DNA of 25,775 bases from assembly GCA_046538155.1 (NCBI GenBank), contig JBKHJL010000012.1:1-25775 (forward strand), written 5' to 3'. The stretch comes from Candidatus Micrarchaeia archaeon. GTDB taxonomy: Archaea > Micrarchaeota > Micrarchaeia > Anstonellales > Bilamarchaeaceae. This document shows, in pieces, positions 8,744 to 16,627 of the stretch. The notes under the pieces were generated by a model. It was not told where the DNA came from. It did no database searches and saw only the letters and a program-made list of their open reading frames with translations. Made by a program: the position numbers and the translations under genes. Numbering within the stretch: position 1 is the first letter of the stretch; every line of letters starts with the position of its first letter.

Positions 8744-9144
8744 TATTCTTCCACCAGGATTTTTCCTGCCTCTGCATCAATCTCTGCTTCCATTCCGCTT
8801 TCAAGCACTTCCAGTATATTTGTTTCCGGCTTGTCCAGCATCGGAATTCCCGAGATAATTGCCCCCACTGCAATAATTGTTTCCGCCTCCAGGTTTACAA
8901 TTGCTGCAGGTGCAACCCCATTCTTTTTCATCCCCAGCATCACATAGCTCCCCACGGTTGAACCCTTTCCTCTGGGAAAAACCAGCACCTTCCCTGCAAC
9001 ACTCTTTCCTTCAAGCACGTGGCCCTTTTCCTGCACAATTCCTGTTTTTGGGTCCACCCCCCCAAGAAAAGAGATGGGGTCCCTGCTAAGCAGCACTTCC
9101 CCCCTTGCTCTCCCCTTGGATATCACTCTTGCAATTATTTCCAT
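8743..9144 (-). CDS. Aconitase X swivel subunit (DUF126); phosphomevalonate dehydratase small subunit
   Basis: PISFLGGVDPKTG, GKVLVFPRGKGSTVGSY, APAAI. Start moved to ATG 9144 (GGAGG SD upstream); overlaps the large-subunit stop. Confidence 0.92.
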   Translation of the reverse strand: MEIIARVISKGRARGEVLLSRDPISFLGGVDPKTGIVQEKGHVLEGKSVAGKVLVFPRGKGSTVGSYVMLGMKKNGVAPAAIVNLEAETIIAVGAIISGIPMLDKPETNILEVLESGMEAEIDAEAGKILVEE

Positions 9145-10304
9145 AGTATCTCCTCCAGTTTTCCGAAAACCAGTTTCTGTTTGCACATCGTAGGAAGGTA
9201 TGCTGCAGCTTTTCCAGAATCCACCGCAGTTGTCCTGAAGCCCATTTCCTCCAGTGGTGCAACAACCATACAGGTATCCGCAACCAGCTTCCCTCCATTT
9301 TCCTCAATTCTCCGGGCAATTCCCTTTTGCTCCGCCTCCTTTTTCACTCCTCTTCCCAGACAAATCCAGAATGGCTTTTCAACCGGCCTTTTCTCAAGCT
9401 TTCCCGCGATTTCCTCAAGCTCAACAAGCGATGCGTGCGGGCACCCCACAGTGATAATGTCCGCATGTTCTGCCTCATCAAGCTTTTCCTTCAGTTCTGT
9501 AATCTCTTTTTGGGTTACTGTGATTTCCTCCGGGCTCTCCCTCAGATTCCATTCCGGTGTTACTCCCTCCACAAAGTAGAGCGGAACTGAGCCAGAAGCA
9601 GCCATTGCCGCCCCAAGATACTTCAACATATCCTGGTCCGGAATTACTCCCCGGAATGCAGGAAGCTTTCCCCTTGCTTCCATTCCCACAAGTAATCCGA
9701 GCAGACCATAATCCGTGCGGTTTTCCAGGTTTCCCTCCACGTTTACAAGAAGGTCGGCAATCCTGTTTTCTTTAAGGTGCAACCCGTACATGGGAGCCAC
9801 CCCACAAAGCGCAGCACATAATGCAGAAGGCCCACCTTCACGGTTTGTGCGCGCCCCGAGCACCGAGTTCGCGAAGGAAACTGCGGAGCTCTCGCTCCAT
9901 GCAATGTGCTCCCCTTCTGCAGGCCTGATTCCATTTAAGTAAGGTGTACAGGTACAGCTTGTGATAATCCCCATGGTGGAGTATGCATCCAGTATCTGCA
10001 GCTGTTTTTTTGCAAATTCCTCAGGAAAACCCATTTCCCTCCATTGCTCTGTATCCATCCCCGCAGGATTCAAAAACGAGGGTATTTCCACCCTTCCCCC
10101 GAGCGCCGCCATGTGCTGGAGGTATTCCAGCCCTGCATCCCCTATGGTCTTGTAGGATACTCCTGCAATCTGCGCAGAAGAAACATTAATCATGCGCTCC
10201 GCATTGTAGATTTTTCCGAGTGCAACGAGTATTTCCATTGCCTTCTGCTTAGCTTCTCCTTCCTCTCCCCTGAGCATATTCTCTTCTCTATTTGTAAGTT
10301 CCAA
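9135..10304 (-). CDS. Aconitase X catalytic subunit (DUF521); phosphomevalonate dehydratase large subunit
   Basis: QIAGVSYKTIGDAG, LNPAG, CTCTPY, WSESSAV..ANSV.GARTNREGG, GCPH, DTCMVV (Fe-S Cys ligands), SGKAA.Y. TTG start with an AGGTG SD. Confidence 0.93.
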   Translation of the reverse strand: MELTNREENMLRGEEGEAKQKAMEILVALGKIYNAERMINVSSAQIAGVSYKTIGDAGLEYLQHMAALGGRVEIPSFLNPAGMDTEQWREMGFPEEFAKKQLQILDAYSTMGIITSCTCTPYLNGIRPAEGEHIAWSESSAVSFANSVLGARTNREGGPSALCAALCGVAPMYGLHLKENRIADLLVNVEGNLENRTDYGLLGLLVGMEARGKLPAFRGVIPDQDMLKYLGAAMAASGSVPLYFVEGVTPEWNLRESPEEITVTQKEITELKEKLDEAEHADIITVGCPHASLVELEEIAGKLEKRPVEKPFWICLGRGVKKEAEQKGIARRIEENGGKLVADTCMVVAPLEEMGFRTTAVDSGKAAAYLPTMCKQKLVFGKLEEILWK

Positions 10305-10338
10305 AGTCTACACCTGTTCAGCTTTCCGTATTCCAGCA

Positions 10339-10421
10339 TTTAAATATTGTGTTGCATGTTTTCCGGTGGCCGCTGCAGCGGGCGCAGACGCCAATTATTA
10401 AAGGGTATTTGTATATATAAA
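10339..10421. promoter_or_regulatory. Divergent archaeal promoter region with a central GC palindrome
   Basis: TTTAAA at 10339-10344 (for acnX, minus strand); TTATTAAA at 10395-10402 (for the sigma-like gene); CCGCTGCAGCGG palindrome at 10370-10381. Confidence 0.5.
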
Positions 10422-10428
10422 TGGATTA

Positions 10429-11298
10429 ATGCGTAAACTCTCTGCCATACCACCAGGAAAATCCGGGAGTTCCCCACGGAACAGGAAGAAGTTCATAAAA
10501 GGAAAGCAGGAACCTGCCCCAATCTGTCGCAGCAATGAGGATGCCTGGAAACTTGTAATGAAAAACATCGGGCTCCTGAACTCGATAATGGAAAAACACA
10601 GTTTTTATAAGAAGTTTTCCAGGGACAAATGGGATGACATTGAGCATCTTGTATTACTGACAATGTTCCACACAGCCCAGAGGTATGATGAAACCAGGAA
10701 TATAGCATTTTCCACATATCTTTTTTCAAATATGCCCATGTGCATACGGGACATAATCCATTTCTTTTCAATCCACAACATCAGCCAGCGGATGAGGGGC
10801 AGTGCGTTCAGGGCGCTTGTTGAATCTGAACAGGAGCAGGGTGTTTCCCCCTATGAAATAGTGGACCGCATGGAATCCGGTCCCAAGACAAAAAACAGCA
10901 TAAAAAGAGCAATAGAAGTTCTACAGATGGAAAAAACAAAAATTGATGAAGGCAACCTGTTTTATGCTTCAGGAGAACTGGCAGAAGGGACAAAGTGGGG
11001 TGGTGCTGGCCAGACCCTGGATGGGGACAACAGGGACCAAACACCTGAATCAGAAGCGTTTAATTCAGAGGTGCGCAGGAAAATAGAAGAGGCTCTCGGA
11101 GTTTTGGATGAAAGGGAAAAAAGGGCGATTGTCCAGAGAATGGGCCTTGACGGAAAGGCCCCCCGAACTTTCCAGGAAATAGGCGAACCAATGGGTGTAA
11201 GCAGGGAGAGTGCGAGGCATTTTCTGAAAAATGCTATAGAAAAAATTGCAAGGAGCGAGCATGCGGGGGCGCTCAGAGCATGTTGGCAGGATATGTGA
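10429..11298 (+). CDS. Sigma-70 family RNA polymerase sigma factor-like protein (regions 2 and 4)
   Basis: Region 2: LVMKNIGLLNSIMEK...DDIEH...AQRYDETRNIAFSTY. Region 4 HTH: LGVLDEREKRAIVQRMGLDGKAPRTFQEIGEPMGVSRESARHFLKNAIEKI. Confidence 0.88.
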   Translation: MRKLSAIPPGKSGSSPRNRKKFIKGKQEPAPICRSNEDAWKLVMKNIGLLNSIMEKHSFYKKFSRDKWDDIEHLVLLTMFHTAQRYDETRNIAFSTYLFSNMPMCIRDIIHFFSIHNISQRMRGSAFRALVESEQEQGVSPYEIVDRMESGPKTKNSIKRAIEVLQMEKTKIDEGNLFYASGELAEGTKWGGAGQTLDGDNRDQTPESEAFNSEVRRKIEEALGVLDEREKRAIVQRMGLDGKAPRTFQEIGEPMGVSRESARHFLKNAIEKIARSEHAGALRACWQDM

Positions 11299-11300
11299 GT

Positions 11301-11636
11301 TCAGCAGGTTAGATGGATTGCCAGTGCGGCTCCTTCTGTTTCCATTGCGTTGTATTTCTTTACTGCGTTCCCGCTTTTCAATTCAATAAGCTCAATCTTC
11401 TTTTCCCTGCAGTACTCCCGCACATCCCTGCCCACGCGCATCGCCCCGTCGTGCCCGGTTCCTACGACCAGGGTGTCCAGCTCTGTTTCAAGGATGGGCC
11501 CCAGGTCTTTTTTCTGCAGGAAATGCCCCCTTTCCCTCCACCATTCAGGATGCACTTTTTCTCCAATCATGATTACATCATTGGTGTATTCTTTTCCATT
11601 GATTACAATCCGCCCGAATTCATACTCCTCTATCAT
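11301..11636 (-). CDS. Mth938-like domain protein (DUF498/DUF598)
   Basis: IEEYEFGRIVINGKEY..DVI, WWR..GH, LVVGTG..G, A.KKYN, C-terminal HLTC. Confidence 0.9.
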   Translation of the reverse strand: MIEEYEFGRIVINGKEYTNDVIMIGEKVHPEWWRERGHFLQKKDLGPILETELDTLVVGTGHDGAMRVGRDVREYCREKKIELIELKSGNAVKKYNAMETEGAALAIHLTC

Positions 11637-11773
11637 TGGGCTCAGTTCGTAGATATATCTTTAAATAATTTATGTGGCAATAGATGTATAATTGAAAATG
11701 TGTTTTTAACTGTTTTAGCCATGATTATGCCCGGCTATATCATGAAATCAGCATTTTGGAATGAGGAAAGAGA

Positions 11774-13861
11774 ATGAAAGCAGCATACAGCCGTTTGGCC
11801 CCCCAGCAGGAAAGACAGAGGTCCAGGCTGAGCTCAGCCGGGCCTCTTTCCGAGGCTCCAAGAATAAACAGGTGGAAATCGCTTTCGGATTCAGAGGTTC
11901 TGGAGTTTGCCCGTAATTTCATTTCCAGAAGTAACATTTTGTCCCGCACCCAGGTTGCAAATAGCCATTCCCGCCTTTACAGGGAGTTGCGAACCAGGGG
12001 CCTTTTTGATGAGCTCGGGCTTTCCCCCGAGCCCCCTCTTTCTTCACTGAGTGATGAGGCGCTTGTTTCCCGTGCAAAAAAGTTAAAGGATGAAGGGAAT
12101 TTTGTGCGCAGGAGCCATTTCAGGAAAGCGCACTATGGAATATATGATGAGCTGAGGAAGCGCGGCCTGGTCGGGGAACTGGGCTTTGAACAGGCGGGCA
12201 CCGACCGCTCTTCCATGAGCAATGAGGAACTGGTTGCCCAGGCAAACAATATTGTGCGGGAAGAGGGAATCTCTTCTGTTACTGAATTCATTGAAAGGCA
12301 TGGGGCAGTTTACAAAGCGCTTTGCGACCGCGCTCTCCACCTCCAGCTGGGAATAAAACGAAAATATGTTGACTGGTCCGGGGTGCCTGATTCCGGACTC
12401 ATATCAATTGCACAAAAAAAGATGCTGGAAAAAGGGATCTGCAACCCCGGTTCTTTCAAGAAAGCATTTCCGGGCGTTTACAAGCAGCTCAGGAAAAGAG
12501 GACTTGTTGAAAAAGCGGGATTCAGGCCCGCATACTCCAGCCTGCACCGCCTTCCCGCTACAAAACTTATCAGGCAGGCAAAGCAGTTCATCCTGAAGCA
12601 CGATGTTTCAAGTGTAAGCGAACTCCAGAACACACCAGGAGGCTGGCAATGGTATAATGAGCTTTCAGGGCGGGGGCTTTTGCCGGCAGTGGGCCTTTCC
12701 CCTAAAATCATGCGCTGGGGCCGGCTTTCAGATGCAGAACTTATGCTCTGCGCAAACAAGGAGATTGGCAGGATGCAGGTTTTCACTGCCCAGGAGCTCA
12801 GGAAAAAAAACCAGAAGCTCTATCAGGCAATAAATACCCGCTCAAAAAAATCCCCCGGAATCTGGGCAAGGATAAACCTTTTGACCAGGGCAGGGCTCTC
12901 CCAAAAAAACGAGAATCCGCCTGACCAGAAGGAGCTGGGGGAATGGCTCAGGAAATTCGTGAGGAGGGACGGTATCGCCACCCCAGAAGAGCTCAGGTCA
13001 TGCTGCAGGATGCTTTTTTCCGCAATGGAGCGCAAGGGCATGGATGTTGCGCAGGAAATAACTGCATGCCGCTTTCCTGTGCCCGACCCCCGCAGGAGCA
13101 GTGAGGATGCAAACAGGATTTTGGAAGAAAATCTGGACCTTGTTCCCATCATAATAAGAAAGCGCAACCTCACAAGGCATCTCTCCTATTCTGAAGCAGA
13201 GCAGCTTGCCCGTATTTCTCTCCTTAAGAGCGCATTCAGATGGGACGGAATCAGGGAGTTCAGGAGTTATGCAATGCAAAACAGTGTTGATACCTGGAGG
13301 AGTGTATACAGGGAGGCGGAAACGGTTTATGTCCCGCCGCATGTCCGCGCAAGGGCAGAGGGATATTCAAAATGGTGCCAGAGGAACCCGTCCGGGACTT
13401 TTGATGAGTATGCGGAAGAGATGAATATTCCTGAAAAAGAACGGGAATTCTACAGAGGCGAGTTGCCCAAGCACAACGGCTCCCTGCTTGCCCTGAAAAC
13501 AGGAAAGCCAAAAATCTTCGGGGAAGAGATGCAGGAAGCGCTTGAGTCCAACCCCGTAAAACTCTCAACCCTGTCTTTTCTTTCCACTGAGAAAAAAGAC
13601 CCCCAGGAGAATCCGGAGGATGCGCTTGAGGCCTCCCAGTTCAGGGAAGGGGTCCACGCTCTTCTGGGTTTCCTTCCGAAAAGAGAAAGGAAGATGGTTT
13701 CAATGTATTTTGGGCTCAACGGATATGGCCCAATGCAGCTTTCAGAAATAGGGGAAAAATATGGGATAAGCAAACAGAGAATCAGCCAGATTATCCTGCG
13801 TGGGCTGGAAGGGATTTCAAAAAACCCTGCGGCACGGAAGCACATCCGGGATTTCCTTTAA
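11774..13861 (+). CDS. Tandem helical-repeat protein fused to a C-terminal sigma-70-like (regions 2 and 4) domain
   Basis: Six full and one partial ~56-aa repeats; then ILEENLDLVPIIIRK...LLKSAFRWDGIREFRSYA...VYVP (region 2) and LPKRERKMVSMYFGL...QLSEIGEKYGISKQRISQI (region 4 HTH). Confidence 0.85.
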   Translation: MKAAYSRLAPQQERQRSRLSSAGPLSEAPRINRWKSLSDSEVLEFARNFISRSNILSRTQVANSHSRLYRELRTRGLFDELGLSPEPPLSSLSDEALVSRAKKLKDEGNFVRRSHFRKAHYGIYDELRKRGLVGELGFEQAGTDRSSMSNEELVAQANNIVREEGISSVTEFIERHGAVYKALCDRALHLQLGIKRKYVDWSGVPDSGLISIAQKKMLEKGICNPGSFKKAFPGVYKQLRKRGLVEKAGFRPAYSSLHRLPATKLIRQAKQFILKHDVSSVSELQNTPGGWQWYNELSGRGLLPAVGLSPKIMRWGRLSDAELMLCANKEIGRMQVFTAQELRKKNQKLYQAINTRSKKSPGIWARINLLTRAGLSQKNENPPDQKELGEWLRKFVRRDGIATPEELRSCCRMLFSAMERKGMDVAQEITACRFPVPDPRRSSEDANRILEENLDLVPIIIRKRNLTRHLSYSEAEQLARISLLKSAFRWDGIREFRSYAMQNSVDTWRSVYREAETVYVPPHVRARAEGYSKWCQRNPSGTFDEYAEEMNIPEKEREFYRGELPKHNGSLLALKTGKPKIFGEEMQEALESNPVKLSTLSFLSTEKKDPQENPEDALEASQFREGVHALLGFLPKRERKMVSMYFGLNGYGPMQLSEIGEKYGISKQRISQIILRGLEGISKNPAARKHIRDFL
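11870..13048 (+). repeat. Array of ~55-58-aa protein repeats (consensus about WSxLSDxELVxxAxxxxxxxxIxxxxEFxxxxxxLYxELRKRGLxxxxG)
   Basis: RWKSLSDSEVLEFA..LYRELRTRGL; LSSLSDEALVSRA..IYDELRKRGL; RSSMSNEELVAQA..VYKALCDRAL; DWSGVPDSGLISIA..VYKQLRKRGL; LHRLPATKLIRQA..WYNELSGRGL; RWGRLSDAELMLCA..LYQAINTR; partial seventh copy. Confidence 0.88.
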
Positions 13862-13891
13862 TTTTACGGATTCTTTTTCTATTCCCGGTTT

Positions 13892-15187
13892 TCAGTAATC
13901 CTCTTTGCTCACTTCCAGGAATTCCGCCTTCTCAAAATGCTTTTCTGCTTCCCCAAGGGGCTTGGTTGCATCCAGCCCCATTTTCGCAGTGGTGCTTGAG
14001 CCTTCCCCTGCTTCTGCTGAGGGGTCCAGGGAAGAGCCCTTCTCACGTTCCTTCACAATTAAATCTTTAGAAGCCTGGAAACGGGTTGCAATCGCCCATT
14101 CCACTTCCCCAGGATTATTTACATCAATATCTCTGTCCACAACCACAACATGCTTTAGGGACTTGTGCCCCCCAAACGCAGCCTCAATTGCCCCCTCCCC
14201 GTCTTCTTCAGTTTTTTTGTGGATGGAAACCACTGCATGCAGCCAGGAGCATCCCCCTTGCGTGATATTAACCCCAGTGCATTCCACCCCTGCCTCATTT
14301 ACCTTATTGAATATGGTGGGCTCACGGGGCATCCCCATCAGGACCTTGTGCTCCATCCCGCCCGGAAGCAGCGCATGGAATATGGGGCTGCTCCTGTGGT
14401 ATATTTTGCTTACCCTCAATACGGGTTGCTTCCTTACAATGTCATAGGTGTTGGTCAGGTCCACGAAAGGTCCTTCTTTCTCAAGCTCATTTGCATTTAT
14501 TTTTCCAAGGAATGCGAACTCCACATCTGCAGGAATCTCAATCCCGTTCATCAGTTCCACGGTTTCAAAAGGCATAAGTGTATTTGCGGTTTCCAGCTCG
14601 TTCTGCCCAAGCTCAGAAGAGATTGCAGAAGCAAGCAGCACATTAATCGGTGCACCCACAATTACTGCAACCTCAAGCTCCCCTCCCGCGCGCTCCAGGA
14701 ATTTGTCCAGGTGCCTGGGCAGAATCCTTAGCACGAGCCTTTCCCCGTCCAGCACCATCATGCGGTGGAAGGAGCAGTTCTGCCCGTACTGCTGGTCCTT
14801 TGCAACCACAATTCCCGAGCAGATATAGGGGCCTCCGTCCTTTTCCGTGTGCAGGGGGACGGGAATCTCTTCAAGCGAGGTAAGGGTTTTCTCCAGCACA
14901 GGGCCGGTTTTTGCCTTTCCTGGTGCAGAGGGGTTATTGATTGCATTCACCATTTTTTCCCCCAGTTCCCCAACTTCGCATCCCAGGTATTCCGCAACCC
15001 TCTCTTTTGTTGCAAAAATATTTGATACGCAGCGCACGCCCGAATCTTCCGCATGTGCCATTACAGGAGTTGGCTGGAACTCATTGAACACCCCTGCCAT
15101 TTCCAGCTCTTTTTTGAGGGTGGGCTCAATTACCCTGAGCCCGCCCCTTTCCTTTAGCCCATTTACAAAATCGCGAAAAGATTTCAT
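13892..15187 (-). CDS. ubiD: UbiD-family prFMN-dependent decarboxylase; probable trans-anhydromevalonate 5-phosphate decarboxylase
   Basis: KDGGPYI, NCSFHRM, EGPFVDLT.TY, LPGG.EH..LMG.PREP, GGCSWLHAVVSI, VVVVD.DID, EWAIATR, GSSLDPS, KMGLDAT. Substrate inferred from the AcnX/UbiX/IPK context. Confidence 0.93.
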   Translation of the reverse strand: MKSFRDFVNGLKERGGLRVIEPTLKKELEMAGVFNEFQPTPVMAHAEDSGVRCVSNIFATKERVAEYLGCEVGELGEKMVNAINNPSAPGKAKTGPVLEKTLTSLEEIPVPLHTEKDGGPYICSGIVVAKDQQYGQNCSFHRMMVLDGERLVLRILPRHLDKFLERAGGELEVAVIVGAPINVLLASAISSELGQNELETANTLMPFETVELMNGIEIPADVEFAFLGKINANELEKEGPFVDLTNTYDIVRKQPVLRVSKIYHRSSPIFHALLPGGMEHKVLMGMPREPTIFNKVNEAGVECTGVNITQGGCSWLHAVVSIHKKTEEDGEGAIEAAFGGHKSLKHVVVVDRDIDVNNPGEVEWAIATRFQASKDLIVKEREKGSSLDPSAEAGEGSSTTAKMGLDATKPLGEAEKHFEKAEFLEVSKEDY

Positions 15188-15232
15188 GTTATCAATTCTG
15201 CAAAACTTATTTTAAATCATGAGGTGGGGCAT

Positions 15233-15763
15233 TCATATGTTAAGTATATCTTTTAGGGTATTCAGCATTTTCACAATCTTAATTCTTTTGTCTGCATCTT
15301 TGATTTGCTTTTTCTCAAAAAATTCCTGCAACCGGGAGATTGTTTTTTTTGGATCACGTCTGAAACACATGTAAAGTGCATGCCTTGCTGCTTCAATTTC
15401 GCTGTTTTCAAAAGCAACCCGAAAAGCCAGGAAAAGGTTTCCCAAACTTTCCCCCTCTCTTATTGCATTAGAAAGGCTTTCCAGGGCATCTGCCCGGTTC
15501 AAGTCATCAAATTCAGAAATGGATTCACATGTAAGAAAAAGCCTGTCATGTGTCAGATTAAACAGCTTCCTGAAAATATTTTTGGCTTTTTTATGCTCGC
15601 CGAGTTCGTTCAGGGTAACTCCATAAAAGAACAACAGATCTATATCCTCATGAGAGTATTGGAGCTTTTCCCTGCAAAATTCATTAAGCTCCTTATTTTT
15701 TCCCTTTGAAAACATTTCCTGCATCTTTTTCAGGTAAACCATCGCACTCTTTTCCTCTGCCAT
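15233..15763 (-). CDS. TPR-like helical hypothetical protein (176 aa)
   Basis: Start moved to MAEEK (ATG 15763, TATA-like TAAATATAA about 25 nt upstream); LFFYGVTLNELGEHKKAKNIFRKL resembles a TPR. Confidence 0.7.
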   Translation of the reverse strand: MAEEKSAMVYLKKMQEMFSKGKNKELNEFCREKLQYSHEDIDLLFFYGVTLNELGEHKKAKNIFRKLFNLTHDRLFLTCESISEFDDLNRADALESLSNAIREGESLGNLFLAFRVAFENSEIEAARHALYMCFRRDPKKTISRLQEFFEKKQIKDADKRIKIVKMLNTLKDILNI

Positions 15764-15803
15764 ACTTATAATATTTTGCTGGGTTATATTTAGGTGAGCG
15801 GAA
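15764..15803. promoter_or_regulatory. 40-bp overlapping divergent promoter
   Basis: TTATAATA at 15766-15773 for the + gene; TAAATATAA (minus strand, about 15784-15792) for the - gene; AGGTGA SD before ATG 15804. Confidence 0.5.
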
Positions 15804-16619
15804 ATGATATTAAAGAAGAGAAATGGGAAAAGACCAAAGTTGCGAATAGTGCGGAGGCCCTGCCCTTTTCTTATTTCCCTGCCATTGGCTGCAGGCCCGC
15901 TCTTTTCAGGGTGTGATTCCATGAACAAGGAGACTAAAGAATTAGAAAGAGCAAATGTTCCTGCGGTGGTACCGCAGAAAAATGCTCCAACTGAAGAGTT
16001 TTTAGGGCAAATGGCCACAATTGTAAAAAGCAATTCCACAACCGAAAAGAAGCTGGTTGCAGTTGAAACGTTCGCCAACAGATATCTGGGCGGGGATAAT
16101 CAGCACTGGGCAGCACAACAGCTTTCCAGAATTGCAGAAGAAGAGTTTGGAAGTGATTTTAGCACAAATCCCAAAGAACTGCAAAACGACAAGAATCGCC
16201 TGGGCACCGCATATTCCCTTGCATATGGACTTTCGCTGTTCGGGAAAATAGGGCTTGGAGAAGCGATAAAACTTGTGGCAAGAATGGATGATGGCAGGAA
16301 ACAAACAGAATTCAATCAAGAGGGGCGATTTTCCCTTTCGCTTTCTGTTGCTCTTAATACTATAAGGTACCTAAAAGACGGGGGAAAACTTCATAACGGA
16401 AACAAGTCTGCAGCAATAAAATATCTTTCTACTTTTCTTACCAAATCTTATATCTCATTTGATACAAAAGCCGCGCTTGTAACCCTTGCAAAGGAAATTG
16501 ACCCTGATTCGATAGGCAGACTTAGTCAAAATACACAAATAGATAACAGGACGCGGGGACTCTTATTTAAAATGCAGGAAGAGGGAATGAGCAACAGATT
16601 GAGGGGAGCGGTTGAGTAG
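15804..16619 (+). CDS. Putative lipoprotein, helical, unknown function
   Basis: Basic N-terminus, hydrophobic stretch and lipobox-like LFSG-C. Confidence 0.7.
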   Translation: MILKKRNGKRPKLRIVRRPCPFLISLPLAAGPLFSGCDSMNKETKELERANVPAVVPQKNAPTEEFLGQMATIVKSNSTTEKKLVAVETFANRYLGGDNQHWAAQQLSRIAEEEFGSDFSTNPKELQNDKNRLGTAYSLAYGLSLFGKIGLGEAIKLVARMDDGRKQTEFNQEGRFSLSLSVALNTIRYLKDGGKLHNGNKSAAIKYLSTFLTKSYISFDTKAALVTLAKEIDPDSIGRLSQNTQIDNRTRGLLFKMQEEGMSNRLRGAVE

Positions 16620-16627
16620 GTGCTTTT

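Noticed and set aside
10429..13861. Sigma genes as bacterial contamination or a prophage
   Set aside because: They are separated by and tightly abut archaeal-type genes, with no phage or mobility genes nearby. Not formally excluded without read data.
15764..16078. Long N-terminal extensions given by the ORF track (also 9145-9186, 19004-19288 and 24549-24731)
   Set aside because: They overlap neighbouring genes or promoters; family motifs and TATA/SD positions support the shorter starts.
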